A stretch of 32,000 nt of DNA from Cylindrospermopsis raciborskii Cr2010. GTDB taxonomy: Bacteria > Cyanobacteriota > Cyanobacteriia > Cyanobacteriales > Nostocaceae. Within the stretch, counting starts at the first letter, position 1. Each line of letters starts with the position of its first letter. The notes beneath the pieces were generated by a model. The model was not told the DNA's origin, did not search any database, and saw nothing but the letters and a program-made list of their open reading frames with translations. Of this stretch, positions 29,538 through 32,000 are shown piece after piece. Location of the stretch: NCBI RefSeq assembly GCF_003367075.2, contig NZ_CP065936.1, forward strand, positions 420,001-452,000. Reading direction: 5' to 3'. Made by a program: the position numbers and the translations under genes.

Positions 29538-30517
29538 TTATTGCCCGTAGTCCATTACGCATTACTCTCGGTGGTGGAGGTACTGACCTTCCTTCCTACT
29601 ACCGTGACCACGAAGGGTTTTTAATTGCTGCAGCGATTGATAAATACGTTTATGTCACTGTTATGCGTCCCTTTACAGAGGGAATCTTTCTTAAGTACTC
29701 CCAGCTGGAACATGTGAATGAGATCGCTGAGGTGAAGCATCCCATTATCAGAGAATGTCTCCATATCCTTGACCTAAAAACCCCCCAGGTGGAGATTACC
29801 ACTTTGGCGGATATCCCTGCTGGAACAGGATTAGGATCCTCTGGTAGTTTTACTACAGCCCTACTCAAAGCTCTATACACCCATCGCAGATGCCATCTAC
29901 ATCAAGAAGAACTGGCAGAACTAGCCTGTCATATTGAGATTGACCGTTTGGGCGAACCCATTGGCAAACAAGACCAGTATGCAGCTGCTATCGGTGGTAT
30001 TACCTGTTTTACTTTTCATAAAGATGATCAGGTGACAGCTAACCCTCTGGCAATCAGTATGGATACGATGTTTGACCTGGAAGATAACTTGCTATTGTTT
30101 TTTACGGGCTTTTCTCGTAGTGCTAGTGGCATTCTCAAAGACCAAAAGGAGCGCACCCAAAAAAGTGATAGCGATATGCTGGCTAATCTACATTACGTAA
30201 AGGATTTAGGATATCGTAGTAAAGCAGCTCTTGAGTCGGGTGATACCTACCTTTTTGGGCAACTAATGCATGAACACTGGGAACATAAAAAGAAACGCTC
30301 CGGGGGAATGAGTAACCCTCAAATTGATGAGTGGTACCAATTGGCCATGAATAATGGTGCCATAGGTGGCAAGTTGGTTGGCGCTGGTGGCGGCGGATTT
30401 CTGATGTTTATGGCAAGCGATCGCAATAAGCTACGTCACGCCATGACAAATGCTGGACTAGAAGAAGTTAGGTTCGGTTTTGATTTTGAGGGCACCAAAG
30501 TGGTGTTGACATCCTGA
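29534..30517 (+). CDS. hddA: GHMP kinase, D-glycero-alpha-D-manno-heptose-7-phosphate kinase
   Basis: MIIARSPLRITLGGGGTDLPSYYRDHEGFLIAAAIDKYVYV, PAGTGLGSSGSFTTALLKAL, GGKLVGAGGGGFLMF. Confidence 0.88.
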   Translation: MIIARSPLRITLGGGGTDLPSYYRDHEGFLIAAAIDKYVYVTVMRPFTEGIFLKYSQLEHVNEIAEVKHPIIRECLHILDLKTPQVEITTLADIPAGTGLGSSGSFTTALLKALYTHRRCHLHQEELAELACHIEIDRLGEPIGKQDQYAAAIGGITCFTFHKDDQVTANPLAISMDTMFDLEDNLLLFFTGFSRSASGILKDQKERTQKSDSDMLANLHYVKDLGYRSKAALESGDTYLFGQLMHEHWEHKKKRSGGMSNPQIDEWYQLAMNNGAIGGKLVGAGGGGFLMFMASDRNKLRHAMTNAGLEEVRFGFDFEGTKVVLTS

Positions 30518-31215
30518 TGCTTCCAGTAGCTATTCTTGCAGGTGGATTGGCCACTAGGCTACGTCCAATTACTGAAAAAATTCCCAAGTCTCTTGTTCCC
30601 GTTGCTGGTAAGCCTTTTATTTGTCACCAGTTAAATTACCTGCGTGAACAGGGACTAGAGAAAGTTGTCCTGTGTATTGGTTATCTGGGAGAGATGATCC
30701 AAGAAGTGGTAGGAAACGGGGAAAATTTCGGTCTAAGTGTTAATTACTCTCTCGATGGCTCAGTGCTTTTAGGAACCGGAGGCGCTTTAAAACAAGCCTT
30801 ACCTCTCCTCGGAGATGAATTTTTTGTTCTATATGGTGACAGTTTTTTGCCTATAGATTTTTCAGCGGTGGAAAATTTTTTCCTAAGTTGTAATAAACCA
30901 GCCTTGATGACCATTCTACGTAATGCCAATCAGTGGGACAAGAGTAATGTTATTTTTCGCAATGGAACTCTAGAAGAGTACAATAAGAGTATATATCGTA
31001 CGGACATGGAGTTTATTGACTATGGACTGGGCATCTTGTCTAGATCCGTTCTGGATAAATATCCCATAGCTCAGCCCTTTGATCTGGCAGATGTATACCA
31101 TTCTCTTTCTACGGAAGGAAATCTACTGGGATACCAAGTTCACGAGCGTTTTTATGAAATAGGATCCACTGTGGGTCTTCAAGAAACTGAGACTTACTTT
31201 TTAAGAAAACTTTAG
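30517..31215 (+). CDS. hddC: D-glycero-alpha-D-manno-heptose 1-phosphate guanylyltransferase (nucleotidyltransferase)
   Basis: LPVAILAGGLATRLRPITEKIPKSLVPVAGKPFICHQLNYL; genomic context between hddA and gmhA. Confidence 0.82.
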   Translation: MLPVAILAGGLATRLRPITEKIPKSLVPVAGKPFICHQLNYLREQGLEKVVLCIGYLGEMIQEVVGNGENFGLSVNYSLDGSVLLGTGGALKQALPLLGDEFFVLYGDSFLPIDFSAVENFFLSCNKPALMTILRNANQWDKSNVIFRNGTLEEYNKSIYRTDMEFIDYGLGILSRSVLDKYPIAQPFDLADVYHSLSTEGNLLGYQVHERFYEIGSTVGLQETETYFLRKL

Positions 31216-31229
31216 GAGATAACAACACC

Positions 31230-31829
31230 ATGACCTACGCACAACAACATTTAGAAGAAGCTACACGCATTCTTGAAAAGATAGATTTTAATACTGTTGA
31301 ACAAGTAGCTGACATTTTAGCATCTGTCAAAGCAGAAGAAGGCAGAATATTCTTTCTTGGTGTTGGTGGCAGTGCAGGTAATTGTTCTCATGCGGTTAAC
31401 GACTTTCGTAAAATAGTTGGCATTGAATCATACGCGCCCACAGATAATGTTTCCGAATTAACAGCACGAGTGAATGATGAGGGCTGGGCAACAATCTTTG
31501 TCGAGTGGCTAAAAACCAGCAAGTTGAAGACAAAAGACTGTATTTTCGTATTTTCCGTGGGAGGGGGTAATCTGGAAAAAAACATTAGTCCCAATCTCGT
31601 GGAAGCACTGAAATATGCGGAGACAGTAGGTGCCAAAATTACGGGTGTTGTTGGTCGGGATGGTGGCTATACTGCAAAAGTAGCGGATGCCTGTGTTATT
31701 ATTCCCACAGTAAATCCAGATACTATTACTCCCCATTCTGAAGCGTTCCAGGCAGTTATCTGGCATTTGCTGGTATCCCATCCCAAACTCAAAGCTAATC
31801 AAACAAAGTGGGAATCAACCGTTAAGTGA
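31230..31829 (+). CDS. gmhA: Sedoheptulose-7-phosphate isomerase (SIS domain)
   Basis: IFFLGVGGSAGNCSHAVNDFRKIVGIESY...VFSVGGGNLEKNISPNLVEALKYA. Confidence 0.85.
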   Translation: MTYAQQHLEEATRILEKIDFNTVEQVADILASVKAEEGRIFFLGVGGSAGNCSHAVNDFRKIVGIESYAPTDNVSELTARVNDEGWATIFVEWLKTSKLKTKDCIFVFSVGGGNLEKNISPNLVEALKYAETVGAKITGVVGRDGGYTAKVADACVIIPTVNPDTITPHSEAFQAVIWHLLVSHPKLKANQTKWESTVK

Positions 31830-32000
31830 ATCAAGCACATAAAGCCGTATTTCTCGACCGAGATGGTGTGATTAATAGGGCCCTAGTCAAGCAGGGAAAA
31901 CCCTATCCCCCTTCTACCATCGATGAGCTTGAGATTCTACCCGGTGTTGATGAAGCATTAAGTTCTCTAAAAAGAGAGGGCTTTCTTCTTATTGTAGTCA
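31826..32000 (+). CDS. gmhB: D-glycero-D-manno-heptose 1,7-bisphosphate phosphatase (HAD), partial
   Basis: Hand translation from GTG 31826: MNQAHKAVFLDRDGVINRALVKQGKPYPPSTIDELEILPGVDEALSSLKREGFLLIVV. The DRDGVIN HAD motif is present and the gene runs off the right edge. Confidence 0.85.
   Translation, partial: MNQAHKAVFLDRDGVINRALVKQGKPYPPSTIDELEILPGVDEALSSLKREGFLLIVV

Overview
Cyanobacterial chromosomal window, judged from HIP1-like GCGATCGC octamers, cyanobacterial-style proteins and a characteristic TTGGGTT...AACCCAAC hairpin repeat. It has three zones. (1) 1-5235: the 5' part of a group II intron interrupting trxB (both run off the left edge, minus strand), a type IV pilin-like gene, a DUF4327-like small ORF, an FHA/Ser-Thr kinase and an Era/dynamin-like GTPase. 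(2) 5236-18640: a 13 kb tandem-duplication zone with six near-identical Uma2/DUF820 PD-(D/E)XK genes, a truncated seventh copy, one intact hicAB pair with repeated hicB/hicA fragments, three identical group II intron 3'-end fragments (HNH plus domain V/VI), Rpn/DUF2887-like remnants, and six copies of a ~173-nt non-coding element with hairpin potential. The zone is built from ~1318-bp and ~2609-bp tandem units; one Uma2 copy is a mosaic of two subtypes. (3) 18738-32000: a plus-strand surface-glycan locus with a DUF268 gene, flippase, candidate polymerase, epimerases, GT11 fucosyltransferase-like gene, methyltransferases, an oxidoreductase, and hddA-hddC-gmhA-gmhB (GDP-D-glycero-alpha-D-manno-heptose pathway), with gmhB running off the right edge. 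The most unusual signal is the Uma2/hicAB/173-nt-element array. I have no sequence evidence that it is a functional defence or mobility system. All product calls come from recognising motifs by eye, not from searches.
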